The notes under the pieces are model-generated. The model ran no database searches and was not told where the DNA came from. It saw nothing but the letters and a program-made list of their open reading frames with translations. A program made the position numbers and the translations under genes. From Convolutriloba macropyga (Eukaryota): a DNA stretch of 64,000 bases. The DNA is taken from assembly GCF_964194025.1 (NCBI RefSeq), contig NC_134471.1:23932001-23996000 (forward strand). The letters are read 5' to 3'. Positions 50,278 through 61,459 of this stretch are shown here, piece by piece; the first letter of the stretch is position 1; each line of letters starts with the position of its first letter.

Positions 50278-52989
50278 ATTTTCCTAACCACTAATCCCAA
50301 GTTAACATACAGTTTCAACAGCTTGTAATGCAGCACATAATGTTCTTTGTCGAAGAATGTCTGCAACAGTTTTGGAACTTTTGAGGGGGGTAAGTTATGA
50401 ATCTCTCGCAAATTTACTTGGTAGTCGCTGAGCTAGTCATCCTCAACAACATTTTTGATGGTGCGAGGGGGAAGTCCTGATGGTAATCGTGTAGACTTGC
50501 AGGATAATGCAAGTTGACTTCCACGAAGTAACCGACAGGGTTATCATCAGGACAGTTTAGTATCTCAGCCAGTGTAATATCAGAGTTCAGCGTAAAATCT
50601 GACTGAGGGAGTTTTTCATTTTGCATGACGCCGCCGTATAGGTTATTGGCGTCCACGCAGAAGCCAAATGTCGAGGGTTGTGAAGAGTCATAATCTGGCA
50701 AAAATTTATTATTTGCTGTAAACTTTCTCATCTCGTAGACTGAACATACTCCCTCACGTACTGCGCCTTCTATCATATCGAGGTGCTCGCGTTCTGTAAG
50801 CAATTCGACTTCTGCCTTGCATATTCTCACTGATGTTTCCTTAGCCATATTTGGCAGTGTGTAAAAGTGCATGCAGTCGAGTTTGTAGGTGGAGAAACTG
50901 AGCTCTCTGTGGAACTCACAAATGCCTGCGAGAAGAGCGCAATCGGTTTTCAGGTATGCATCGTGGTAGTCTTGTAGAGTTTGACAATTCAGAGTGTTCC
51001 ACATCGTCCTGGCATGGTTCAAGTTTTCTTGAGTTATTGTTACTGCGTTTCCTTCTAAAGTGTTACCCCATTCATTAAGCTGCGGTAGGGATTTTTCGCT
51101 GAACTTTTCTCGACCGCTAACATATGAATAGGGGTGATATCCTTTTTGCTGGAGGAGCTTCAATTCTGTTGAGGATAGGTTAGGAAAGACAGAAGCAAGT
51201 ATTCCAAAACGATCTCTTGGTAAAATGTCAACCAACTTTTCGAGAGACGAATTCATCATTTTGAATGAATCAATAAACCTCAGATTTTCATAATTTTTGA
51301 TCACTTTTCCATCATCTAGGGTTATGGTCTCCACGGCACTCCAAAGTTCATGGAAATGTACTTTTCATCAGTAGACGGAATTACACTTACAGTGGTCGTT
51401 GGCTCACAAGATTGCAGGGCTAAACAAATGTGGTGAAGATCATAATTTTGTATATTAAGACCCACCACAGGGGTAAAGTTGACGTTCTTTCGTGCTCGGT
51501 TGCATTTTTCAGGAGCCCAGCCAAGAAATTGTCCGCTGTAGTGGCAGTGATCCAGATAAATTGATGACTGTTCATCATTATTGTCAAAGGGTTCGTTACA
51601 TATCCAACATTCCCTAGCTGCACTTTTCGGATACTGGCTACGGTCACCTCTGAAGAAAGGAAAAGCTCGTTTGCGCTTGTATATATCCTTGGCTAGTGTG
51701 TGTAACATGTTTACAAATTTAGGAATGCAATCTTCAGAGCTGTCAACGTGGAAGAAGATGGGTTTTGTTGAGTTGTGATCAATTACCGCAAGTGAAAAAC
51801 CACAGGGCTCGTGTTTTTCAATAACTCTGGTGTATGCGTTGTTCCCTTGGGGCGTGCATCCTGCTACTGGAAACAAGAAGGATTCGAAGTCAAAGTAAAT
51901 GACTAATGGAACAAACCATGTAGCGGCCAAGTTTTTGATTTTATATAAATTTTTTCCCGGAGCTGGTAATCGAACAACAGCCGGCGCATTTTCACAGCAG
52001 GTCTCCATACGTTCGGTAAGCTTTGCAAGGCCTTCTTCACACAACCAGAAACAATTCCGGCTAATATGAAACGCAAAGCGGAATTTGGTATTTCGGAGTT
52101 GACAGACTACCTTGACCAAGTTGGTTATCAATACATAATGGTAACAGTCAGCTTCGTATAAAAGCAAGAGATCCATTGTGAAGTTTGAGAAAAACTTTGA
52201 CACTCTGAGTGGAAATAAGTCTCTACCATCATAACCAAAAACGTTGATTCGATTTTCATTGAGATTTTCGAACTGATTGATGTCTTCTAGCCCCATGGGC
52301 ATATCGAAGTGTCCAGTTGGTTGATGGAGGTTGGCTTGCTTGTAAGTTTCGGGTGATGTTTTGTCTGTGTTGTAGTTCCTTCCTGGTCGATCTAAGCTAA
52401 TAGTGTTGTGCATATGATATGCAGCAATATAGCAGTAAAGGAAGCAATTTGCGTCCTCATGATTACGAATATTAAGTAAACTGCGGCATTTTTGTAATTT
52501 TGATGGTAATGCAATGTAAGACGAGCCAGTTACAGGTCGGTAGCGGGCAAAGTTTACAATTGCTTTGATAAATTTCTCAAGCACCCAACCACTACCATTA
52601 GAAGCAAATGTGGTTAGCACTATCATCGTCTTCTCGACCATAGTCCAAAAGGTCTCACTGCTAAGTCCCTGACTGTAAACGGGTGTCATGAGCGAATTTG
52701 CATAAATTTCAATAAGTTCATCTTCTTGATCTTCGTTTTGACTTGGTTTTCGGAGTTGAAGATGGGCACAAAATTGAACTTTTTGCGATTCTTGTGAGAG
52801 TTTTTGTTCTATAAGCGAATCGAGTTGTGGTTTATGCAGGAGCAAAAACTGAGTAAGGTCTGTGTTGGTTTGGGTTGTTGATGGCGGCAGATGGTAGCTC
52901 TGAAGGGTACCATTAAAGGCAGTTTCTGCCGGCGCTTGAGTTGGTTGAAATTGATCGCCAAAGACAGGTAAAGAATGCAAAGAACTCAT
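50278..52989 (-). pseudogene. Protein-primed family-B DNA polymerase (Polinton/adintovirus-like), left-arm copy; frameshifted at ~51330 and ~50450 and truncated before motifs B and C
   Basis: ExoI YFDFES; endonuclease-VII-like CWIC...DHCHYSG..LG.A...CN; ExoII NIQNYD; FIDSFKMM; ExoIII YLKTD; motif A DANNLYG; YVLHY..LKLY..LGL. Homology is lost after LVVRKI. Confidence 0.92.
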
Positions 52990-52992
52990 ATG

Positions 52993-53247
52993 CTAAGCAA
53001 ATAGTCTGGTGTCGTTAAAACCCATATAGCAGGACCGACAACAGTTTGTAAATTTTTGATGACAAGTCCTCATGTGTTGTTCCAGTTCAGAAGGTTTTCT
53101 ACAAGTGAATGTACAAATACAACAGGTAAAGACTGGTAAACCTATTTCGTCGGGGTGGTAGCGATGCTCATGTCGAGATTGGTTTCCCCTGTTAGCAAAT
53201 GTTGCCGAACAATATTTGCAATTGAAAACCTTAGTTGGGAAATTCAA
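52993..53247 (-). pseudogene. Three C2H2 zinc fingers in frame with the polymerase, separated from it by TAG (left arm)
   Basis: CKYC...HEHRYH, CCIC...HMRTCH, CRSC...FA*HMSSLH; TTG start. Confidence 0.85.
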
Positions 53248-55357
53248 GATTCAAAAGTTAGCAGAGATAATGACAACTTTCGTAAACATGTAATTCAACT
53301 TCAAATGGCGAATTTCTTTCTATTCCACACGAGTCTCTTATAATAGGCGCGCAATTTAAACTTTCAAAATCTCCGAATTTGATTGGATAATATGAGCGCG
53401 CGTTTTGTCCCAGCTTTAGTCAACTAATACGAACATATCAAGTTGCGTTGAACTAAAAGTAGCGCTTTACGTTTCCCACTGAACAACACTGACATGATAA
53501 AACTTGTTTGAGATTTTCGAATATTTAGTGCAATATACAAAAAGACGTCTAAAACCATGAATAGTTCTTTTTAGTTTTTAGCTATATGTGATGCGACAAA
53601 ACATATCAATGGCAACTTTTAATTAAATTTCAGGTTTAGATAAAAAAAACTTTTATGAATTTTTAATGACATTTCAATCAAAAATGTTCATCTTTTTTCT
53701 TCATTTTGATAGCTAATAAGCTCTAATGAAGAGGGAACATTTGTGTTTCAACCTTTTAGATGTAATATTACACTTCAGTAGCCTACCTAAAAAGAAAATT
53801 TCGATCTAATTTCATCAGAATATTTGAAAAACATTCCAAAATTATCGCTTTTTTCAACACTTTGTTAAATTTTAAGTACAAGGGATGCTTGGGACGGTTA
53901 TGATGCATAGTTTTATCACTGTCACGGTGTCTGAACAGCTAATAAGTCCACTAAAAGCAAATGAAATGTTCATTTTTTTCGCTTAATGTTGCAAAAAAGA
54001 ACGATTTTTGTAGTTTTTTCACTGTAGATACCAATGGGTGCGTCTGAAGATGTTGGGCGTCATAACAAAAAATGCTCCCCGGGCACTAAAACGTAGGAAC
54101 CGACAAGAAAAAATCCCTCATCTTTATCAGGAAAAAATTTAGATTTTCTGTCAATCATGATCAATCAATGTCATCACATGACAGCCAATGACAAGCCCCC
54201 TGTTGCAAGCATTTTTCGATGACAGCTGTTATGAGATGATTTTGTCTCCAGCCCCCGAAAAATTGGTTTTCTAAAAAAACCTGGTGTATCATTATTATTT
54301 CGGGCACTTCAATTGCTAATTAATGCCAGATGTTAATGAGACGTTAATGTCCAGATGTTTTGAAAATCGGTGAAGGAGCCGTTTTTCGGCCCTGACCCTT
54401 ATGACCAAAAGTGACAAGCATGTATCAGTGATTACAAATCCGTTTGAAAAATTGGGGATCTTTTTTCATTAATTACTAATTAGACTAATTAGGTGCTAAT
54501 TAGATGTTAATTAATGGTTAATTATCTCATGAAGGATTGAGTTTAAATTGACGAGCCTTATGAGCTTTTTTGTAGTGCAGTGTCTGATAGTATCAACCAA
54601 ATAGTCAGTTTCATCCCAAATATCTGTTGGAGCCGATTTTTTTGGGGTCAAAGGTCACCGTGAAAAACGAAAAAATTTTTTTTTTCGTTTTTTTCAACTT
54701 TTTTTTATAGAAAAATGTGCTTATTTTCTTAATAATATCGATAGCCCACATTAATCGCTTGGTAATGACGTTCAGGTTTTGAGTTTTCGTTCCGTCGAAA
54801 AAAATTTAATCGGCAAAAAACCGAAAAAATCTCATTTTTTTTTTAAAAAAAAATCCTTTCTTTTTTCCTCTTTTTTGCTGAAAAAATGATGTTTTGCTAG
54901 TTTAATTAGCACCCCAAGGTATATCCAAGAGGAGCGCTGGTATTATACCAGCATACCAAGAACGATATACTAAATGAGGTTTTTGTTTGATAAGCAGTTT
55001 ATGCATTTTTTTTGAAGCTTTTGTTCAAACTTAATTTTACATTTTAATAGCTTTCTCAACAAATTTTCTCTCAACCAATCAGAAGCTTGGTTGCTTCCTG
55101 TTATATATTACCTTCTGAACATGTTTGAACATGTCCATTTTCAAAATTTTCTCTCAACTTTGTCTCACTAAACAGTACTGTTTTTGTGAACATGTTTGAA
55201 CATGTCCATTTTTGTAAAATTCTGATTCTGAAGTCTGTTTTCTATGTAAAAACATTAAAAGAAGAGTGTCAATTAGCGAGCTATTCACAAAAGATAGTAG
55301 CACAACACACCAAAGTGCAAAAGAAATATAATTCAATATTAAATAAGTTGTTAGAGG

Positions 55358-56068
55358 TCAAAAAAGTCCATTAGAGAGTCTTCCTCTCTTCGTTTTTTTT
55401 GGTGCTGCGCATACTACTGGAGTTTCCGAGCAATTGGGTGTCTTGACATCGGAGGAATTTGTTTGGGGTTGTGGTGTCTGAAAGTTTGAACCAGATAAAA
55501 AATTGACGTCAAACTGACTTGTATTTGCAAAATTGTCAGAGATCTTGTTCTTCCTCTGGAAATCCTCAGAGTGAGAGGCTTGGGGTTGGAGTAAAAGTTG
55601 GGCTTGGATCCACAGCAGGAGTTGTTGGAACACTGACTGAAACACTCGGTGGCTGACTGTCCGGTGAGGATGGTGATGATTTGACACCCCACATATCACC
55701 CAAATTTTTGTAGGCTTGATATGTACCGAGTTGATTCTCGAATAAGGGCACACAATCGCAGTCGTATCTGTACAAGATACGTCTCACTTCGTCCGGCAAA
55801 GTTTCTTCAGTCGAATGCATTTGTGGTATAGTTTTTGGTGGTGAGTATCCTCCAGAAGTAATGATACTGGATTCAGCCGGCTCCGTTTTTTCCGGTAGAG
55901 CAGCAATAGCGTTAATAAATAGCTTCGGTATCAAACAATGCTCGTAAGTGTACCACAAATCGTTTTCTTTTCTGTTGTACCAGAACGACAAAATTTTCAA
56001 ACACGGTTTGGTAAACAAGAGTTCTCTCAAAAGAGATAGCAGACTCCGAAAGAATTTTCACGGACATT
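55358..56068 (-). pseudogene. Decayed Pro/Ser/Thr-rich ORF of unknown function (mirror copy 58387-59103, +)
   Basis: Overlapping long ORFs of 154 and 131 aa can be joined by frameshifts from ATG(MSVKILSESAIS) to a basic C-terminus PKKTKRGRL. No recognisable domain. Confidence 0.5.
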
Positions 56069-56124
56069 GTTTTGAAGTTCAAGTTCGATTCAATAGTTAA
56101 CTGTTAAGTAAGAGCAAAAGAAAG

Positions 56125-56935
56125 AAATGAACACAAGTACAAAATTCTTTCCCAACATGTGTTTCGCAAGGTTTGCCTTATCTAAGACCAAACAAATGAT
56201 TGGAGCATAATCACACCTAGTTGCATAATATATTGTATATAACATGTGGTTAGCCACACTGTGGTTCCTTTACAGAGGAATTTGGGGTCACATCGGTTTT
56301 GTATTGGTTGTATGTAAATTGTGTGTGGTCTCTGGTTTATATTATCTAGCGTCACATCTGTTCTAAATCAACTTGTATGTAAAATAAATGGTCCCTACAC
56401 TATTAATGGTTAACTTTCTCCCACACAGAAGTGTGGGTTGTGCTGATAAATTTATTGCTTTATATACAAAACACATGTACTTGTTATCTTTGTTCGCAAG
56501 TAGGTTCTGGTGGTTTATAGAGGTATGGTCTTAATTAAACTATTATCTAAAAATGAACACAAGTACAAAATTTTTTCCCAACATGTGTTTCGCAAGGTTC
56601 GCTTTATCTGAGACCAAACAAAAGATTGGAGCATGCCTTTTAGTCACGCCTAGTTGCATAAAACAGCTCTTTGTTTATAGCATGTGGTTAGCCGCACGGT
56701 GGTTCCTTTACAGAGGAATTTGGGGTCACATCTGTTTTGTTTTGGTTTTATGTAAATTTTGTATGGTCTCTACACTATACTATCTAGGGTCACATCTGTT
56801 CCAAATCAACTTGTAAAATACATGGGTCCCTACACTATTAATGCTTAACTCTCTCCAACAGGGAAGTGTGGGGTTGTGTAGATAAATGTATTGCTTTATA
56901 TACAAAACACATGTACTTGTTATCTCTGTTTGCAA
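56125..56935. repeat. Two diverged ~426-bp direct repeats next to the palindrome axis (mirror ~57541-58328)
   Basis: AAATGAACACAAGTACAAAAT starts at 56125 and 56551; the second unit is cut by the axis. Confidence 0.9.
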
Positions 56936-56949
56936 CCACCAGAACCTAC
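56936..56949. other. Palindrome axis: 14-nt spacer CCACCAGAACCTAC between TTGCAA arms; assembled a second time at 57527-57540
   Basis: …TTATCTCTGTTTGCAA-CCACCAGAACCTAC-TTGCAAACAGAGATAA…. Segment 56890-57280 recurs at 57481-57871 across the gap (offset 591). Confidence 0.92.
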
Positions 56950-57280
56950 TTGCAAACAGAGATAACAAGTACATGTGTTTTGTATATAAAGCAATAAATT
57001 TATCTACACAACCCCACACTTCCCTGTTGGAGAGAGTTAAGCATTAATAGTGTAGGGACCCATGTATTTTACAAGTTGATTTAGAACAGATGTGACCCTA
57101 GATAGTATAGTATAGAGACCATACAAAATTTACATAAAACCAAAACAAAACAGATGTGACCCCAAATTCCTCTGTAAAGGAACCACCGTGCGGCTAACCA
57201 CATGCTATAAACAAAGAGCTGTTTTATGCAACTAGGCGTGACTAAAAGGCATGCTCCAATCTTTTGTTTGGTCTTAGATA

Positions 57281-57480
57281 NNNNNNNNNNNNNNNNNNNN
57301 NNNNNNNNNNNNNNNNNNNNNNNNNNNNNNNNNNNNNNNNNNNNNNNNNNNNNNNNNNNNNNNNNNNNNNNNNNNNNNNNNNNNNNNNNNNNNNNNNNNN
57401 NNNNNNNNNNNNNNNNNNNNNNNNNNNNNNNNNNNNNNNNNNNNNNNNNNNNNNNNNNNNNNNNNNNNNNNNNNNNNNNN
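57281..57480. other. Assembly gap (200 N) with overlapping flanks
   Basis: Run of N; sequence left of the gap is repeated right of it. Confidence 1.
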
Positions 57481-60400
57481 ATTGCTTTATATACAAAACA
57501 CATGTACTTGTTATCTCTGTTTGCAACCACCAGAACCTACTTGCAAACAGAGATAACAAGTACATGTGTTTTGTATATAAAGCAATAAATTTATCTACAC
57601 AACCCCACACTTCCCTGTTGGAGAGAGTTAAGCATTAATAGTGTAGGGACCCATGTATTTTACAAGTTGATTTAGAACAGATGTGACCCTAGATAGTATA
57701 GTATAGAGACCATACAAAATTTACATAAAACCAAAACAAAACAGATGTGACCCCAAATTCCTCTGTAAAGGAACCACCGTGCGGCTAACCACATGCTATA
57801 AACAAAGAGCTGTTTTATGCAACTAGGCGTGACTAAAAGGCATGCTCCAATCTTTTGTTTGGTCTTAGATAAGGCGAACCTTGCGAAACACATGTTGGGA
57901 AAGAGTTTTGTACTTGTGTTCATTTTTAGATAATAGTTTAATTAAGACCATACCTCTATAAACCACCAGAACCTACTTGTGTTTTGTATATAAAGCAATA
58001 AATTTATCAGCACAACCCACACTTCTGTGTGGGAGATAGTTAACCATTAATAGTGTAGGGACCCATTTATTTTACATACAAGTTGATTTAGAACAGATGT
58101 GACGCTAGATAATATAAAGCAGAGACCACACACAATTTACATACAACCAATACAAAACCGATGTGACCCCAAATTCCTCTGTAAAGGAACCACAGTGTGG
58201 CTAACCACATGTTATATACAATATATTATGCAACTAGGTGTGATTATGCTCCAATCTTTTGTTTGGTCTTAGATAAGGCAAACCTTGCGAAACACATGTT
58301 GGGAAAGAATTTTGTACTTGTGTTCATTTCTTTCTTTTGCTCTTACTTAACAGTTAACTATTGAATTGAACTTGAACTTCAAAACAATGTCCGTGAAAAT
58401 TCTTTCGGAGTCTGCTATCTCTTTTGAGAAAACTCTTGTTTACCAAACCGTGTTTGAAAATTTTGTCGTTCTGATACAACAGAAAAGAAAAACGATTTGT
58501 GGTACACTTACCAGCATTGTTTGATACCGAAGCTATTTATTAACGCTATTGCTGCTCTACCGGAAAAAACGGAGCCGGCTGAATCCAGTATCATTACTTC
58601 TGGAGGATACTCACCACCAAAAACTATACCACAAATGCATTCGACTGAAGAAACTTTGCCGGACGAAGTGAGACGTATCTTGTACAGATACGACTGCGAT
58701 TGTGTGCCCTTATTCGAGAATCAACTCGGTACATATCAAGCCTACAAAAAATTGGGTGATATGTGGGGTGTCAAATTATCAGCATCCTCACCGGACAGTC
58801 AGCCACCGAGTGTTTCAGTCAGTGTTCCAACAACTCCTCCTGTGGATCCAAGCCCAACTTTTACTCCAACCCCAAGCCTCTCACTCTGAGGATTTCCAGA
58901 GGAAGAACAAGATCTCTGACAATTTTGCAAATACAAGTCAGTTTGACGTCAATTTTTTATCTGGTTCAAACTTTCAGACACAACAACCCCAAACAAATTC
59001 CGCCGATGTAAAGACACCCAATTGCTCGGAAACTCCAGTAGTATGCGCAGCACAAAAAAAACGAAGAGAGGAAGACTCTCTAATGGACTTTTTTGACCTC
59101 TAACAACTTATTTAATATTGAGTTATATTTCCTTTGCACTTTGGTGTGTTGTGCTACTATCCTTTGTGAATAGCTTGCTAATTGACACTCTTCTTTTAAT
59201 GTTTTTACATAGAAAACAGACTTCAGAATCAGAATTTTACAAAAATGGACATGTTCAAACATGTTCACAAAAACAGTACTGTTTAGTGAGACAAAGTTGA
59301 GAGAAAATTTTGAAAATGGACATGTTCAAACATGTTCAGAAGGTAATATATAACAGGAAGCAACCAAGCTTCTGATTGGTTGAGAGAAAATTTGTTGAGA
59401 AAGCTATTAAAATGTAAAATTAAGTTTGAACAAAAGCTTCAAAAAAATGCATAAACTCCTTATCAAACGAAAACCCCATTTAGGAAATCGTTCTTGGTAT
59501 GCTGGTATAATACCAGCGCTCCTCTTGGATATACCTTGGGGTGTTAGTTAAACTAGCAAAACATCATTTTTTCAGCAAAAAAGATGAAAAAAAGAAAGGG
59601 TTTTTTTTTAAAAAAAATGAGATTTTTTCGGTTTTTTGCCGATTAAATTTTTTTCGACGGAACGAAAACTCAAAACCTGAACGTCATTACCAAGCGATTA
59701 ATGTGGTCTATCGATATGATTAAGAAAATAAGCACATTTTTCTAAAAAAAAAGCTGAAAAAAACGAAAAAAAAAAATTTTTTTTGTTTTTCATGGTGACC
59801 TTTGACCCCAAAAAAATCGGCTCCAACAGATATTTGGGATGAAACTGACTATTTGGTTGATACTATCAGACACTGCACTACAAAAAAGCTCATAAGGCTC
59901 GTCAATTTAAACTCAATCCTTCATGAGATAATTAACCATTAATTAACATAATTAGCACCTAATTAGTCTAATTAGTAATTAAAAAAAAGATCCCCATTTT
60001 TTTAAACAGATTTTTAATCACTGATACATGCTTGTCACTTTTGGTCATAGGGGTCAGGGCCGAAAAACGGCTCCTTCACCGATTTTCAAAACATCTGGAC
60101 ATTAACGTCTCATTAACATCTGGCATTAATTAGCAATTGAAGTACCCGAAATAATAATGATACACCAGGTTTTTTTAGAAAACCAATTTTTTGGGGGCTG
60201 GAGACAAAATCATCTCATAACAGCTGTCATCGAAAAATGCTTGCAACAGGGGGCTTGTCATTGGCTGTCATGTGATGACATTGATTGATCATGATTGACA
60301 GAAAATCTAAATTTTTTCCTGATAAAGATGAGGGATTTTTTCTTGTCGGTTCCTACGTTTTAGTGCTCGGGGAGCATTTTTTGTTGTGACGCCCAACATC

Positions 60401-61060
60401 GTCAGACGCACCCATCGGTATCTACAGTGAAAAAACTACAAAACTCGTTCTTTTTTGCAACATTAAGCGAAAAAAATGAACATTTCATTTGCTTTTAGTG
60501 GACTTATTAGCTGTTCCAACACCGTGACAGTAATAAAACTATGCATCATAACCGTCCCAAGCATCTCTCGTACTTAAAATTTAACAAAGTGTTGAAAAAA
60601 GCGATAATTTTGGAATGTTTTTCAAATATTCTAATGAAATTAGATCGAATTTTTCTTTTTAGGTAGGCTACTGAAGTGTAATATTACATCTAAAAGGTTA
60701 AAACACAAATGTTTCCTCTTCATTAGAGCTTATTAGCTATCAAAATGAAGAAAAAAGATGAACATTTTTGATTGAAATGTCATTAAAAATTCATAAAAGT
60801 TTATTTTATCTAAACCTGAAATTTAATTAAAAGTTGCCATTGATATGTTTTGTCGCATCACATATAGCTAAAAACTAAAAAGAACTATTCATGGTTTTAG
60901 ACGTCTTTTTGTATATTGCACTAAATATTCGAAAATCTCAAACAAGTTTTATCATGTCAGTGTTGTTCAGTGGGAAACGTAAAGCGTTACTTTTAGTTCA
61001 CCCCAACTTGATATGTTCGTAGTAGTTGACTAAAGCTGGGACAAAACGCGCGCTCATATT

Positions 61061-61112
61061 ATCCAATCAAATTCAAAGATTTTGAAAGTTTAAATTGCGC
61101 GCCTATTATAAG
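61061..61112 (+). promoter_or_regulatory. Candidate promoter of the ZnF-polymerase gene (CCAAT, GCGCGC, TATTATAA)
   Basis: ATCCAATCA at 61061 and GCGCGCCTATTATAAGAG ~90-105 nt upstream of the ORF; mirrored at ~53338-53390. Motif inference only. Confidence 0.4.
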
Positions 61113-61201
61113 AGACTCGTGTGGAATAGAAAGAAATTCGCCATTTGAAGTTGAATTACATGTTTACGAAAGTTGTCATTATCTCTGCTAACTTTTGAAT
61201 C

Positions 61202-61456
61202 TTGAATTTCCCAACTAAGGTTTTCAATTGCAAATATTGTTCGGCAAAATTTGCTAACAGGGGAAATCAATCTCGACATGAGCATCGCTACCACCCCGAC
61301 GAAATAGGTTTACCAGTCTTTACCTGTTGTATTTGTACATTCACTTGTAGAAAACTTTCTGAACTGGAACAACACATGAGGACTTGTCATCAAAAATTTA
61401 CAAACTGTTGTCGGTCCTGCTATATGGGTTTTAACGACACCAGACTATTTGCTTAG
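61202..61456 (+). pseudogene. Three C2H2 zinc fingers in frame with the polymerase, separated from it by TAG (right arm)
   Basis: As in the left arm; TTT GCT TAG CAT ATG AGT TCT TTG CAT. Confidence 0.85.
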
Positions 61457-61459
61457 CAT

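Noticed and set aside
56890-57871. Two successive hairpin axes
   Set aside because: The sequence left of the N gap is repeated right of it (offset 591); most simply, overlapping contig ends around a single axis.
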